Below are positions 35,528 through 52,834 of a DNA stretch of 64,000 nucleotides, piece after piece. Position 1 is the stretch's first letter. Every line of letters begins with the position of its first letter. The position numbers were made by a program, and so were the translations under genes. The DNA comes from the human T2T-CHM13v2.0 reference genome, Homo sapiens, in NCBI RefSeq assembly GCF_009914755.1, contig NC_060929.1; one strand, 5' to 3'. Under the pieces are notes generated by a model. It worked only from the letters and a program-made list of their open reading frames with translations, ran no database searches and was not told the origin of the DNA.

Positions 35528-36142
<615 letters not shown>

Positions 36143-37523
36143 CTAAGTGGCAGAGTGAGACTCTGTCTCAATAAATAAATAAATAAATAATAAAAAATAA
36201 AGTAAACCTGAGAAGTGCTTGGATCTGATTGTATAATTCGAAAACCAAGTCAATACAGAGCCAAGAATAGAAAAAATAACTAGCAATTCCCTATCTTATG
36301 TTTTTAAAAATATGTCATATTCTTTCATGCTCTAAAATAAACTACAGGCTCAAAATTTAAGAAATGTTCTTAATTCTGACATTTATTAAAACCAGTTGTA
36401 CTAGCCTTTTATGCAATTTCAGTCACTTGTCAGAGCTGCATTTGAATAAGCAGTACAAATAAACTATAATCAACACTGATGACTTCATTTTTTCTGGAGT
36501 TCTATATCATATGAACAAGAAGATGTTTTCCCTCCTTAATTTATTATTTATCCTAAAAATCACAGAAGGGTCTTTTTTCCTGCAGAGTTCCTTTTTTCCT
36601 GGACTAGAAAGTAATTTTAGTTCCTGGGGACTCTCACAGGACAATGGGATAAACACATGAGGCACATTAATAGTCTGCCTACCTCAGGAGCCCTAACTCA
36701 CCCAATGATTGAAAAAATGTGCAAATGGTATGCTGTGCAACGTGCTGTGACATGAGTATGTCACCCAAATTTAAAAGTTTAAAGCCACCTTATTACTTTT
36801 TATAATGAACCGAAAGATGACTATTAATGGATTTTTTTTTTTTTAAACGGAGTTTCACTCTTGTTGTCTAGGCTGGAGTGCAATGGTTTGATCTCAGCTC
36901 ACTGCGCAACCTCCGCCTCCCAGGTTCAAGCAATTCTCCTGCCTCAGCCTCCCGAGTAGCTGGGATTACAGGCATGAGCCACCACACCCAGCTAATTTTT
37001 GTATTTTTAGTAGAGAAGGGGTTTCACCACATTGGCCAGGCTGGTCTTGAACTCCTGACTTCAGGTGATCCACCCTCTTCAGCCTCCCAAAGTGCTGGGA
37101 TTACAGGTGTGAGCCACTGTGCCCGGCCTAATGGCATTCTTGTTCTACAACATTTCTTCTCTGCAAAGTGGACTGTGGAGTTCTTAACAAGCTCTAGGCC
37201 AAGACTAAAGAGATAGCCCTAAATGTCACAGTGAGAATACATCTAATAGTGTCTGATAACCCTCTATCCAAATATTATAGAGATCAAGTAGCCTTGTTAA
37301 AATGCCTTCTTACAGAGTTTCAGATTTTTTAAAATATTTTTAATTTCTTCAAATTTTCTTAATAAGTATTTACTAATTTTATCATGAGTAAAACTGTAAT
37401 AAATTTTATTTTTTAAAAAACAGAAGTTGGGCCAGATGCGGCGGCTCACACCTATAATCCCAGCACTTTGGGAGGCCCAGGCGGGTGGATCACGAGGTCA
37501 GGAGATCGAGACCATCCTGGCTA

Positions 37524-37815
<292 letters not shown>

Positions 37816-38415
37816 TTAATTCAGTGGGTGCTCAGCACAATCTCTCTCTCTTAAAAGACTGTCTTTATAGAGCATTCATTTGGATATTACAGGCTTCAAG
37901 ATTTTCAAATAAAATTTGAGAATCTCTCTGGTGGGTAGGGACTGGGAATATTTCAACAAGATTACCTGATAGTTAGCTGAGAGCAAATATTTGTGAAAAT
38001 AGGACAGCAGGCAGACAGCAGAGATAAGGGAATAAACTGGAGAGAAAACGAAGGAAGGAAGAGGCTTAAAGGCAAAGACACACATGCTTGTGGCCATATA
38101 ACCATATATTTATACCATTATTCATTTTCACTAGTCTGACTTACCTGCCTGATATCTGACACTACACACAATACAGATAATATTTTCCCTGGGTGCCATG
38201 CATTCTAATCATTCAACATTACCCACCAAAAAATAACTTTTAGAAACTTTTATTAATGGGTTATTCTAGGAAAATATAGATCTGTTTCTTGAGTTCAAAG
38301 ATTATAAAATTTTGAATTTTTATATAGCTTTCCAATAGTAATAACTAAATTTATACACTGAGTCAAGTCCTCTAAACAACATGCCTTAGTAAAAGCTATA
38401 TACAAAAAGAGTTAC

Positions 38416-38513
38416 CTCTTGTTTTTCTTGATTTTGATCCACGTTAAGTAAAGTTGGTATCTTAGATGACTCTGTTTTCTTTGACTCCCTCTTCAGCATT
38501 TTTATCTGTTTAA
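38416..38513 (-). CDS. CDKL3: CDKL3 coding exon, 98 nt
   Basis: tttttgcaaaag|TT AAA CAG... (AAG acceptor) gives KQIKMLKRESKKTESSKIPTLLNVDQNQEKQE. Donor GAG|gtaact. Ends in phase 0. Confidence 0.93.
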
Positions 38514-38912
38514 CTTTTGCAAAAATATACAAAACAATGAAAATTTGTTATTCCTACTTTGAAATTTTACTTTCCTTTCCAAGAATTTCAAATAGAAATC
38601 CACTAAGTCAGTTTCTCAGTTTATTACAAAGGAACAAAATAAATTATGAGTTGTAATGGTAAAATATGGTAAATTATTTGTTTTATAACTTTACAAATAG
38701 TCTACTAAGTATTAAAATAAGACATTTATTTTATTTTATTTTATTTTATTATTCTCAGTGTAACTGTTAAGTGGATCAGATAATTCCTCTTGAACTGTAC
38801 AAGGATGATATTCTTGCTATTATATTAATTTTTCACAAGGTGTCACTGTTCTTCAAAGAAACATAACATTTATTCAAGACAAAAGTGCGTTTCATTCTGA
38901 TATAAATCTTAA

Positions 38913-39245
<333 letters not shown>

Positions 39246-40227
39246 TAAAATTTCTGCTACTATATGGGTAAATGATCATGAAGAAACATAGAAAGGCAAT
39301 TTACCCCAGGTCATATACTAAACAAATTTCTCAAATACTATTCTAACATTTCAACAACATTGAGCTAATAAAAAATTTATCCTTTGCAGCCAGCTGCAAT
39401 GTCACGCCTGTAATCCCAGCACTTTGGGAGGTTGAGACAGGTGGATCACCTGAGGTCAGGAGTTCGAAATCAGCCTGTCCAAAATGGTGGAACCCCCCCC
39501 GTCTCTACTAAAAATACAAAAATTAGCCAGGCGTGTTGGTGGGCACCTGTAGTCCCAGCTACTCAGGAGGCTAGGCACGAGAATCACTTGAACCTGGGAG
39601 GTGGTGGTTGCACTGAGCTGAGATTGCAACACTGCACTCCAGCCTGGGCAGCAGAGTGAGACTCTGTCTTAAATAAATAAATAAATAAATAAATTTTAAT
39701 AATTTACCTTTTAAAGCTGTCTTAACCTCTCTTTATTTTTCTTTTTAATTAAAAAAAAATTTTTTTTTTTTTAGAGACAGGGTCTCATTATGTCATCCTG
39801 GAGTGCAGTACAGTGGCGTGATCATGGCTCACTGCAGTCTCAACTTCCTGGGTCAAGCAATCCTCCTACCTCAGCCTCTGGAGTAGCTGGGACTACAGGC
39901 ACACACCACCACACCAAGCTATTTTATTTTTTGTAGAGACAGGGTTTTGCTATGTTGCCCAGGCTTGTCTCAAACTCCTGGGCCCAAGCAATCCTCCTGC
40001 ATTGGCCTCCCAAAATGCTGGGATTACACGCCTAAGCCTCTTTAAAATTATCTCCTTAAAATCATACCCCTTATTTGACAATGGGGAGAAAATCTCATCA
40101 GCTGAAATGTTTTCCTCACCAATTTACTATTTTCTACCTAAATCACACTATAAAATGTAAGTTATATTATGAAAAAATCTTATAAATGATATCATCATAA
40201 TTGTAAAGCTATGCAACAAATGTGTAC

Positions 40228-40390
40228 CTTCCATTCCTTTTGTATCTTTTGACTGTATTGTGACAGGCAATTCTGGAAAATGGAATTCTTTCCTGTCAGA
40301 TCTGGAAAAATTCAGCTTCCTTTTGTTCTCATTTGCCATTTGGTCACTGTGACCTGTTCGCTCATTAAATATACCCTTCTCCATTTGGCT
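40228..40390 (-). CDS. CDKL3: CDKL3 coding exon, 163 nt
   Basis: gtttag|AGC CAA ATG... gives SQMEKGIFNERTGHSDQMANENKRKLNFSRSDRKEFHFPELPVTIQSKDTKGME(V). Donor AAG|gtacac. Confidence 0.94.
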
Positions 40391-40635
40391 CTAAACAAAC
40401 AAACAAGAGTTAGTTGAAGAAATGTGTCTAACTATTTGTAGAATGACAATCCTAGAATTGCTAGCCATTTGGATGGTATAAGATAGACATAACAATTAAT
40501 TTAATAATTAAGAAGATTTAGAATAGAACACTATTGAACATATCAACAGATCAAACTCCAATAAAAGTTTCATAAAGCAAACATTTCTAGCATATTTAAT
40601 ATTCTGAGCATAATAGTCTTGGTCATGAGAACCAC

Positions 40636-40680
<45 letters not shown>

Positions 40681-41892
40681 TTGAGTGCATTGGCATGATC
40701 ATGACTCATTGCAGCGTCAACCCCCTGGGCTCAAGTGATCTTCCCACCTCAGTCTCTTAAGTAACTGGGACTACAGGCACATACCACCATGCCTGGTTAA
40801 TTTTTAAATTTTTCGTAGAGATGGGGTCTTGTTAGGTTGACTAGGCTGATCTCAAACTCCTGGGCTCAAGTGACCCTTCTGCCTTGGGCTCCCAAAATGC
40901 TGGGATTACAAACATGAGCCACTGCATCTGGCCTTATTATTATTATTATTATTATTATTAAGACAGAGTCTTGCTTTGTTGTCCAGGCTGAAATACAGTG
41001 GCGCCATTACGGCTGCAGCCTCAACCTCTTGGGCTCAAGCCATAGTCCCATCTTAGCCCCCGAGTCTGAAACCACAGCCACATGCCACCACACACGACTA
41101 ATTTATTTTATTTCATTTTTTGTACAGACAGGGTCCGTTATGTCGCCCAGGCTGATCTCAAATTCCTGGGATCAAGCAATCCTCCCAGCTCAGTCTCCCA
41201 AAATGCTAGGATTACAGGTGAGAGCCACTGTGCCTGGCCAGAACCACAAACTTAACTTTTCATTTTTAATACTATTCACTGCACTCTGACTTTGAACAAA
41301 TTGCTTCAGTTCATTTTCTTAATAACTTCTTTATCTACCTAGAAAATGATATGCTTTGTAAACACTGGGAAAACCCAAAGGAAAAAATGTATTGCACATC
41401 CAGCATCTGGGAAACGTTCTGTGTTACCAGATTTTTGTTCATTTGAAAACAGATGATAAAATCTTGTCTAGATCAATGAACACTCTTCCACAATGTAATG
41501 TTTAGTATTCCACTGTATGAATGTACCCTAATGTACTTAGTCATCTGCTTTTGGACAGGTTTGTATTGTTTTCAGTTTTTTGTTATTATAATTAACATTG
41601 TGCTTCAATTTTGAATAAATCAATTTCCTATGTAAAAAGTTGTGAGGTCCCATTAGCGATGAATAATGCAAAATAAGCCAAAAACAAAACAAAACAAAAG
41701 TTGGGAGGGGGATGAACTACATCGATTATTTTGATTATTTTTTCTAGTGAAAATAAGTTGTGTTTATTTGGCAATTGTTTTTAATCCATAAAGATATTAA
41801 AAACATTTTTTGGGAGTGAAAAAAACAAAACTTCTTGTGACTTTCAAAGGTGGAAATCTTAACTTACTCTGCCTAAGTCACATGTTAAATAC

Positions 41893-41958
41893 ATAAATTA
41901 AGATATATGAACTTAATTAATTGTGATAAATTAAGATATATGAACTTAATTAATTGTG
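41893..41958. repeat. Perfect 33-bp tandem duplication
   Basis: ataaattaagatatatgaacttaattaattgtg occurs twice, back to back. Confidence 0.95.
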
Positions 41959-42156
41959 AAAGCACTTAGAAAATAATGGCCTATTTTCATCTCAGGAAGA
42001 AAAAAAGAAACTTAAAGCACATTTTTAGAAGTGTTAGAGGCTGGGTGCGTTGGCTCACACCTGTAATCCTAGCACTTTGGGAAGCTGAGGCGGAAGGATC
42101 CCTTGAGCTCAGGAGTTTGAGACCAGCCTGGGCAACATAGTGAGACTTTGTCGCTA

Positions 42157-42360
<204 letters not shown>

Positions 42361-42434
42361 CTAAAGATAGAGAAAAGGAAAAAAGAAGTAATGTTAAAAG
42401 AGGCCATATTTTAATGTGTAGCTTCTTGCCTTAC

Positions 42435-42811
<377 letters not shown>

Positions 42812-43962
42812 TAAAGTGATACACTCGCCTTGGCCTCCCAAATTGCTGGGATTACAGGCACGAGCCACCATGCCCGGCCGAAATGCCTTTGTTTTAGCTT
42901 CAAGAATGAATAAATTATGGCATGGAAGTCTACTGTTTGAACACTGAGTACCAAAATGCAATAGTGAGTCCTTACCTACCAATTGCCCTTAGGAGAGAGG
43001 TGGTAACAGGGCAGAGAACAATTAGTGCATGTTTACATCAGTGGTGACAGGCATGTTGTGGGGTTACTCCTGCTGGCCTACTTGCTCCCTTCTACCTGTT
43101 CTGAATTTGGTTCTCTTAACTATCAGCTTTCTCAATTTATGAACTTACTGTCCAAGACTGACTGGCTTACAACCATTGTTACTGATACCATGGTTTTGGG
43201 ATCACCTCAAGAACAACTAGGCTCTTGCAGTCTGTAACCTGCTGTACCTTTGGACTGACATGGACATGTCCACTTGCTCACCTCTGCAGACCACTGGGCT
43301 TCACAACCTGTGGCCCAAACCAGTCTGCTAGAATCCTCTTGGGCTAATGAACCCAGTCTCCTCCCCTAGAATGACAGTAGCCTCCCTAAATTTTGAAGTG
43401 GCCTTACTGCCTTGTTGGACAAACTCTCACCATCCATCACACTGCCCTTGATTAACCAGACTCATGGACCAGTCTCTCAATCTGTATCAGAGGTTAAATC
43501 TAAAACTGGCCTAATATGCTATTTTTCTCCCAAAATATTTCACCTTGAAAGGCTATTTGACTTACGAAAGATTATTTTTTTACTATCCTTTCTCCACTTA
43601 GAGAATTTGCTATGATACAGAAATAAATATTTTGTTATACCAAGGCACATTGATACCAGAACTTAGGACATACCAACTTTTTTTCTCTTCAAAAATAAAA
43701 ACATTTTTCAAAGGGTCTTTTTTTTTAATAAGGTTTTTCAAGAAGACATTAGTGAAAATTTAAACATCTATATGGCCAAGAAAAGTTAATTTCTTCTACA
43801 GCATCCATAAGAAACACTCAGTAAATGGCCCATTATACAGCTTTAATTTCAATATATTTTCTTCAAGTTCAGTTTACATACAGACACTATGAACACGATT
43901 CTTTGAAATACCATTATACAGGAATGTTGTATTATTTAGGTTTCTTCTCTGTTACAGCTCAC

Positions 43963-44291
43963 CTCACACTGGGGTGAAAGAGATTTGAACTGAGATTTGC
44001 AGCCATCAAATTACTGTTAGTTAGATTGATGGGTGGCATTGTCACAGAACCTCCGCAATGTGGATTTTCTTTCAAGCCATTACAGTTAGTGCTGGGATTG
44101 ATAGGGTTTGGTGGTTCAATGGTTACAAGTTTTGTATCTGGAGACATAGGATGAACATTTTCATTTGCATCCTGTTGACCAAGTCCACCTTCATACTCTT
44201 TCTTTTTTGGTTCTGAGATATCTCCTCTTCCTCCTTTGACTTTAATAACTCTGACTTTGATCTCCTTGGGCTTTTTCTCTTTTTCTATTTC
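43963..44291 (-). CDS. CDKL3: CDKL3 coding exon, 329 nt (read-through of its donor ends at TGA 43959-43961)
   Basis: ttccag|GAA ATA GAA... gives EIEKEKKPKEIKVRVIKVKGGRGD...NLSSNLFHPSV(R). Donor AG|gtgagc. Matches supplied ORF 43959..44306. Confidence 0.96.
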
Positions 44292-44356
44292 CTGGAATAG
44301 ATACATCCAAAATCTGAGTCATCATAACAGTTATTTTTGTCATTAGAGTCTAACTA

Positions 44357-44608
<252 letters not shown>

Positions 44609-45743
44609 TTATCTTGAATAAACCATTTCATCAATTAATGTACATTTCAGCTACAGCATAAATAATGCTAACTATAATGCATGTCAAGAGATGGCCCAAC
44701 ATTTACCTAATAAAAATTGCTTTCTTCTAAAGATACATCTTTCGAAAATTATGCTATGGGAACCTACTATATAAAACTTTTACAAAATAGATTTATACTA
44801 ATTAGATTCCTTCTGCGATGCAAACTTTACTCAGAAAAATATTGCTTTTAATTTTGATAAAGATACTGTTATTTTTAAGGAAGACTCAGACCACTTTGAC
44901 CTTTTCTGTGGTTCTTCTTTTTTTTTTGAGATGGAGTTTCGCTCTTGTTGCCCAGGCATGAGTGCAATGGCACAATCTCATCTCGCCACAACTTTCACCT
45001 CCTGGGTTCAAGCGATTCTGCCTCAGCCTCCTGAGTAGCTGGGATTACAGGCATGTGCCACCACACCCAGCTAATTTTGTATTTTTAGTAGAGACGCGGT
45101 TTCTCCATGTTGGTCAGGCTGGTCTCCAACTCCCAATCTCAGGTGATCCACCTGCCTCGTCCTCCCAAAGTTGCTGGGATTACAAGCATCAGCCACTGCA
45201 CCCAGCTGTGGTTTTTTAAAGTAATAGAACTTTAAAAATGAACTAACTAACTTCTAAAATCTTACTCTAGAGAAATGTAACAGAATACCTTCATATTGGA
45301 GAGAGATTATTTTGGTTTTAGTTTGATTTCTTTCTTTTTAAAAGTTATTTTTGATTAGAAAGTCCATTCATGTGGTTCAAAGTTCAAAAGTCCATACTGA
45401 AAAGTTTCCTTCCCACCCCTTCCCTGAACTGCACAAGTCCCCTCCTTGAAGCAGCTACAGCTATCAGTTTGGGAAGGTTTTAAAACATCAGCCCATGAAT
45501 GAATTCTTCCCTAGTCCAGCCCACTCTTCTGAGGATTCTATAAATTGAACTCAAGGTACTTTCACCCCACAATAATAGAAGCCTAATATCTAAATGTCCA
45601 AGAAAAATAAACTTCGTCTGTGTAGAAGTGATATGAAGCAACCTCTTAATTCAATAACTGGCATCTTTTCTTTTCAGACACGGTCTCTCTCTGTTGCCCA
45701 GGCTGCAGTGCAGTGACACACTCATGGCTCACTGCAACCCTGA

Positions 45744-46022
<279 letters not shown>

Positions 46023-46025
46023 TGA

Positions 46026-46133
<108 letters not shown>

Positions 46134-47590
46134 TAGCTGGCATTACAGGGGCCCGCCACCACACCCAACTAATTTTGTTTTTTGTATTTTTAGTAGAGAC
46201 GGGGTTTCACCGCGTTAGTCAGGATGGTCTTGATCTCCTGACCTCGTGATCTGCCCGCCTCGGCCTCCCAAAGTGCTGGGATTACAGGTGTGAGCCACCA
46301 AGCCCGGCCTATTCTTTTATTTTTTGAGACGGAGTCTGGCTCTGTCACCCAGACTGGAGTGCAGTGGTGTGATCTCAGCTCACTGCAGCCTCAGCCTCCT
46401 GGGTTCAAATGACTCTCCTGTCCCAGCCTCCTGAGTAGTTGGGACTACAGGCACATGCCCACGCCCAGCTAAGTTTTTGCATTTTCAGTAGAGATGGGGT
46501 TTCACCATGTTGACCAGGCTGGTCTTGAACTCCTGACCTCAGTTGATCTGCCCACCTTGGCCTCCCAAAATGCTGGGATTACAGACATGAGCTGCAGCAC
46601 CTTGCCAATGGCACTTTAAATATATCATCTTATTGTTTGTTTTAGAGTAAAATTCCTGAAATGCGCAAAGTTCTAGTCACCCTCAAGGATTCTCTTCGCT
46701 TTTTTCTATTTAGTCTATCTCCAATAGCAGTTCCTGGACTCTTCCATATCTGACCTTAGCTCCATCACATTTTTAATGGATGTCCATCTTTCTAACGTCA
46801 CGTCCAAAGACAAGCTGAATGGTTTTACAGTTAATGAGAAACTTTTCCTGTTTCTTTCAAAGCCCAAATAGAAAATGGTGTTTTTTTAGAAATATGGCTG
46901 ATTCATGAATCTAAATTGTAATACAGATTATATGCTGGGCATGTCATAGGCAATGTGGGGCACAGAAGGGCCATAAGAAGCATGGCACCTGTCTTCAGGG
47001 AACTTCCAATTTCATGGGTAGGATACAACAACAGGCACTGCAGCCGGGCGCAATGGCTCATGCCTGTAATCCCAACACTTCGGGAGGCCAAGGCGGGTGG
47101 ATCACCTGAGGTCAGGAGTTTGAGACCAGCCTGGCCAAAATGGCAAAATCCCCATCTCTACTAAAAATACAAAAATTAGCCAGGCATGGTGGCATGTGCC
47201 TCTAATCCTAGCTACTCTGGAGCCTGAGGCAGGAGAATTGCTTGAACCCGGGAGATGGAGGTTTGTAGTCAGCCGAGATTGTGCCACTGCATTCCAGCCT
47301 GGGCAACAGAGCGAGACTTCATCTCAAAAAAAAAAAGACAACAAGCACTGCAACAGAGAATAAGTAGAAAAAAAATCATTTGGGAAGTGCATGCTAATTA
47401 TGATAAATGAATGTCATCAGAAGAGGAAAAACCAGACTATTCTCTGAGTCAGAGGTCCAAACAGGAATAAAGCTAAGAAGTATTGATTGCTTATTTAATG
47501 TTATCTCTGGTCTATGATGACACTGAAACTGTAGTATGTAAAGAGCAGAGCACACTGCCTAGGACATGGTAACTGTGTAACGAATGTTAG

Positions 47591-47896
<306 letters not shown>

Positions 47897-48110
47897 TGAG
47901 CCACTATGCCCATCCTATTATTAGGCTTTTCATTCGTGACACTTGTTAAGTCTGCTGTCTTCCTAGTCAATACCTGATACAATAACTCAATAAATTTTTG
48001 TTAAACTGAATATTTGTTATATAAAAGTAACCTATACAGCAATTTTCCTGCTAGTAAAATTTCCCAATACAAAATGCTTTTAAAAAACCCACATTCACTC
48101 AAAATGCTTA

Positions 48111-48200
<90 letters not shown>

Positions 48201-49464
48201 CTAGGAAAGGAAAAAGATTTTAATAAGTGAGCTCTCAACAGGGCTCCATATGGTAAAAATTAAATTTATTTGACAAATTAAGAAGTAAGTAATTATCCAG
48301 ATCAAAAAGCCTTCTTGAAAAGATGGAATTAGACCTCAGGAACTTCTGGTAGTAAGTTCTGGCTGTTTATTTCCCTAAGGAATTTGCACTTGCAAAACAT
48401 TAATATAGGTTAAATGTCCCATGATTCTAGCCAAAACAGAGGTCAGTCTGTTTCTGCTGAAATTAGCAAAAATTAATTAGCTCATTTTGATCCTCTTTTC
48501 TGCCCTGACAGGTGGAAAGTTCATGGATAATCATTTGCATTTTACAGATCTAGAAGCATGATTAGTAGTTTGCCAAACACGAGTTTTAACCCATGTTGTC
48601 TGACGCCTAATCCAGCACTCTTTCTATATCATAATACCATTTTGCAAATATTCAAGTCCCTAAATCTTTCAATAACCCATTATTAAATCAGCTCTTTTCT
48701 GTTTCCCTTTCTTGGTATAGAAACAAACAAACAAAATATGGAAGGTAGTTTTGAATGTTAAGTTGTACATAATAAATCTATATGTAGTTAAATAACAATA
48801 ATTATAAATGGAACACATTTCTTTAATCAAAATACTGAAAACAGGTTTTCAATAAAAAGCATCTGCTTTATAATTTTCATTCCTCCTGTGAAAGGAGGTA
48901 AAACATTAATAGTTAACTTTTTTGTAGAGATGGGAGTCTTGTTATGTTGTAAGGCTGATGAACTCTTGAGTTCAAGCGATTCTCCCGCCTCAGTCTCCCA
49001 AAGTGCTGGAATTACAGAAGACAGCCACTGTGCTTGGCCTTTTAAAATTTTTTAGAGACAGGTTCTTACTCTGTCGCCCAGGCTGGAGTGCAGTGGTGCA
49101 ATTATAGCTCACTGGAGCCTTGAACTCCTTGGCTCAAGATATCCTCCTTCCTTAGCCTCTTGAGTAGCTCAGACTACAGACACATGCCACCAAGCCTGAC
49201 TAGTAACTTTTATTGATGCTTACTACATACCAGACAACGCTCCAGCTTTTTCTTCCTTCCATCGCAACAACAATCCTACAAAGTAAGTATTATTATTATC
49301 CTCATTATACAGATGAGGAGACTGAGGCCCAGAGAGATCAAGTAATTTGTTTAAGATCTCATAAGTAGAGGAGCCACAATTAAAATCCAGCAAATCCAAG
49401 ATAATTGTATATAATATTATGTTTCTGTTTATTTCAAAATGCATATTTAAACTGATTCACAGAA

Positions 49465-49590
49465 AAAAATCTAGAGATCTGCTGTACTATAATGTGCATA
49501 TAGTTAAAAATGCCATACTGTACACTTAATAATTTTGTAAGAAGGTAGATTCCATGTTATGTGGGGGTTTTTTTTACCAAAATAAAAAAC
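49465..49590 (+). mobile_element. Severely 5'-truncated L1 3' tip
   Basis: ctagagatctgctgtac...actgtacactta...aaggtagat motif, flanked by direct repeat tgattcaca (49453-49461 and 49593-49601). Confidence 0.7.
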
Positions 49591-50169
49591 ATTGATTCAC
49601 AAGGAGAAATTATTTAAGTCTGTTACCTACTTAATGATGTGGCAATACCTAGGTCTTTAAGACTGCAACTAGTTGGCCAGGTGTGGTGGCTCATGCGTGT
49701 AATCCCAGCACTTTGGGGGGCAACAGAGGGTGGATCACCTGAGGTTGGGAGTTAGAGACCAGCCTGACCAACATGGAGAAACTCCGTCCCCACTAAAAAA
49801 AAAATAATACAAAATTAGCCGGGTGTGGTGGCACATGCCTGTAATCCCAGCCACTCGGAGGCTAAGGCGGAAGAATTGCTTGAACCCGGGAGACAGGAGG
49901 TTGCGGTGAGCCAAGATCACGCCATTGCACTCCAGCCTGGGCAAGAAGAGCAAAGCTCCGTCTCAAAAACAAAACAAAACGAAACAAACAAATTAAAAAA
50001 ACCCTGCAACTAGTTAAAAATATGTGCTCATTTTAGAATATAATGGTAATCTATCACTAAAACTTATAAGAAAAATGCTAAAAGGTCTGACCAAATCATA
50101 GGGGCAGACAATTAGAGGCAGTCCTTCTGTGAATATAATTCAGTAAATTTAAATATATGCCCTACTTTG

Positions 50170-50830
50170 GAAAATGTAAAACATGACACTTTGGGAAACA
50201 GATTGGCAGTTTCTTTAAAAATTAAACATATGCCTACCCATGACCCAGCCATTCTGTTCTTAGATATTTCTGCAGGAGGAATGAAAATACAATGTGTGTT
50301 CCATACAAAGACAAACATGAATGTTCTCATGGCAACTTTATTTGTAATAGCGAAAAATGGGAAATAACCCACATGTCCATCAACAGGGAAAGGATTTTTT
50401 AAAATGTGGTATAGTCATATAATGAACTACTACTCTGCAAAAAAGGAACAAATTGCTGATACATACAAAAACATGAATGAATCTCTAAACCATTATGCTG
50501 AGTGGAAGAAGCCAGACATGAAAGAGTGCCTACTGTATGATTCTATTTATATAAGATTCTAGAAAATTCAAACTAATCTATGGGAATAGAAAGCAAATCA
50601 GTGGTTATCTGGGGACAGAAATGGAAGAAAAGATGAATTGTAAAAGGACACAATGAAATTTTGGAGAGTGATGGAAATGTTAGGTATCGTGTGTGTGTTT
50701 GTGTGTGTGTGTGTTAGGTATCCTGATTGTGGTGGTGGTTTCATGTGTGTATACATGCATCAAAACTCTTCAAATTGTACATTTTAAGTATGTATAGTTT
50801 ACTGCCCACAAATTATACCTCAATAACATT
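50170..50830 (+). mobile_element. Old L1 (L1ME-like) 3' end
   Basis: ttggcagtttcttta...catgacccagccattc, tgaatgaatctc...attatgctgagtggaagaagccagac and attatacctcaata. Confidence 0.8.
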
Positions 50831-51774
50831 GTTTAGAAAATTTATATCTAGGAAAAATATGTGCCCTACATCAGATATCAAAGTGTATTTTAAAGTTACA
50901 ATAATAAATCAAAGTTGTACTACTTCTAGAATAAAGAGAAAAATCAATGGAACAGAAACAAACCCACACATGTATAAGCATTTTGTCTATGATAAATGTA
51001 GCATTCCAAATCATTGGATGATACTAGTTGTTAAAAAAAAAAGCATATTGCAAGTTTTGCAAACATATTGCAAAACTTATGACAAAAGATTAATGTGTTT
51101 TTTTTCACAAATCAATAAGATAAATATTTTAGTTGACAAATAGGTTAAGGATTATTTTTTTCTTTTTTTATACAGGGTCTTGCTCTGTCACCCAGGATAG
51201 AGTGCGGTGCTGCAAGCATAAATCACTGCAGTCTCAAATTCCTGGGTTCAAAGGATCCTCCTGCCTCAGCCTCCCAAATAGCTAGGACTACAAGTGGGTA
51301 TCACGACACCCTATGTTTAGAGACCCTTTTGTTTAGAGACAGGGTCTCACTATGTTGCCAAGGCTGGGTCTGGAACACGTGGCCTCAAGCCATCCTCATG
51401 CCTTGGCCTCCCAAAGTGCTGGGATTACATGCATAAGCCACCACACCTGGCCTAAGGATTCTTTAAAAAAAGAAATACAAATAGACAATGAATATTAGCA
51501 TAATGTTTCTCTCTCCTGTAATGACATAAATACAATTTTAAAAAAGATACCTCCCAGCTACTCAGGAGGCTGAGGCGGGAGGATTGGTCGAGCTCAGGAG
51601 TTCAAGACTAGCCTGGGCAACATAGCAAGTCCTCATCTCAAATAACAATAATAATATCCAATGCTAGAGTGAGAGTGAGGATATAAATAAGAAAAATATT
51701 TCTGTGAAAAAAACAGCAAAATATCAAAAATTCTAAAAAGTATAAATCCTTTGGCTTACTAAATCCACTTCTAA

Positions 51775-52089
<315 letters not shown>

Positions 52090-52834
52090 TAAAAAAAATA
52101 AAACAAATGCATATAGACAAATACTAAAAAATTTTCAGCTGGATGTGGTGGCTCACGCGTGTAATCCCAGTGCCTTGGGAGGCCAAGGCAGGTGGATCAC
52201 AAGGGCAGGAGTTCAAGACCAGCCTGGCCAAGACAGTGAAACCCCGTCTCTACTAAAAATACAAAAATTAGCCAGGCGTGGTGGAGTGTGCCTGTAATCT
52301 GAGCTACCTGGGAGGCTGAGGCAGAGAACTGCTTGAACCCTGGAGGCGGAGGTTGCAGTGAGCTGAGATCGTGCCACTGCACTGCAGCCTGGGTGACAGA
52401 GTGAGACTCCATCTCAAAAAAAAAAAAAAAATTTTATTGTCACATCTTTACCAATAGCGGGGGGAAAATCGAAAATAATTCAAACGTCCAAAAATGCAAA
52501 AACAGTTAAATAAACTAATTGTATAGTCATACAATGAAATACTACGCAATCACTGAAAACTATCATGTAGTTCCATATTTATTAACATTATAGTATCTTT
52601 AAATGTACTGGTAAGTAAAAATAAACAGGTTACATAGCAATGTGTAAAGTAAGACACCTTTTTAAAAGCATAAATTTCTATGCATCTACTTGGTTGGGAA
52701 AACTTTAGAAGTTTGTAAACCAAATTGATAATAGTAATTTTTTCTGGATCATGTGAATTGGGAAAATCTGAACCTCTCCTTTTTGTTTACTGTGTATTTT
52801 ATATTTTTTCTATAATTATTATGTATTTCTTACA

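Noticed and set aside
42990-43620. GC-richer intronic block, possible cryptic exon or LTR
   Set aside because: No convincing splice-site pair or in-frame ORF, and I could not assign a repeat family by eye.
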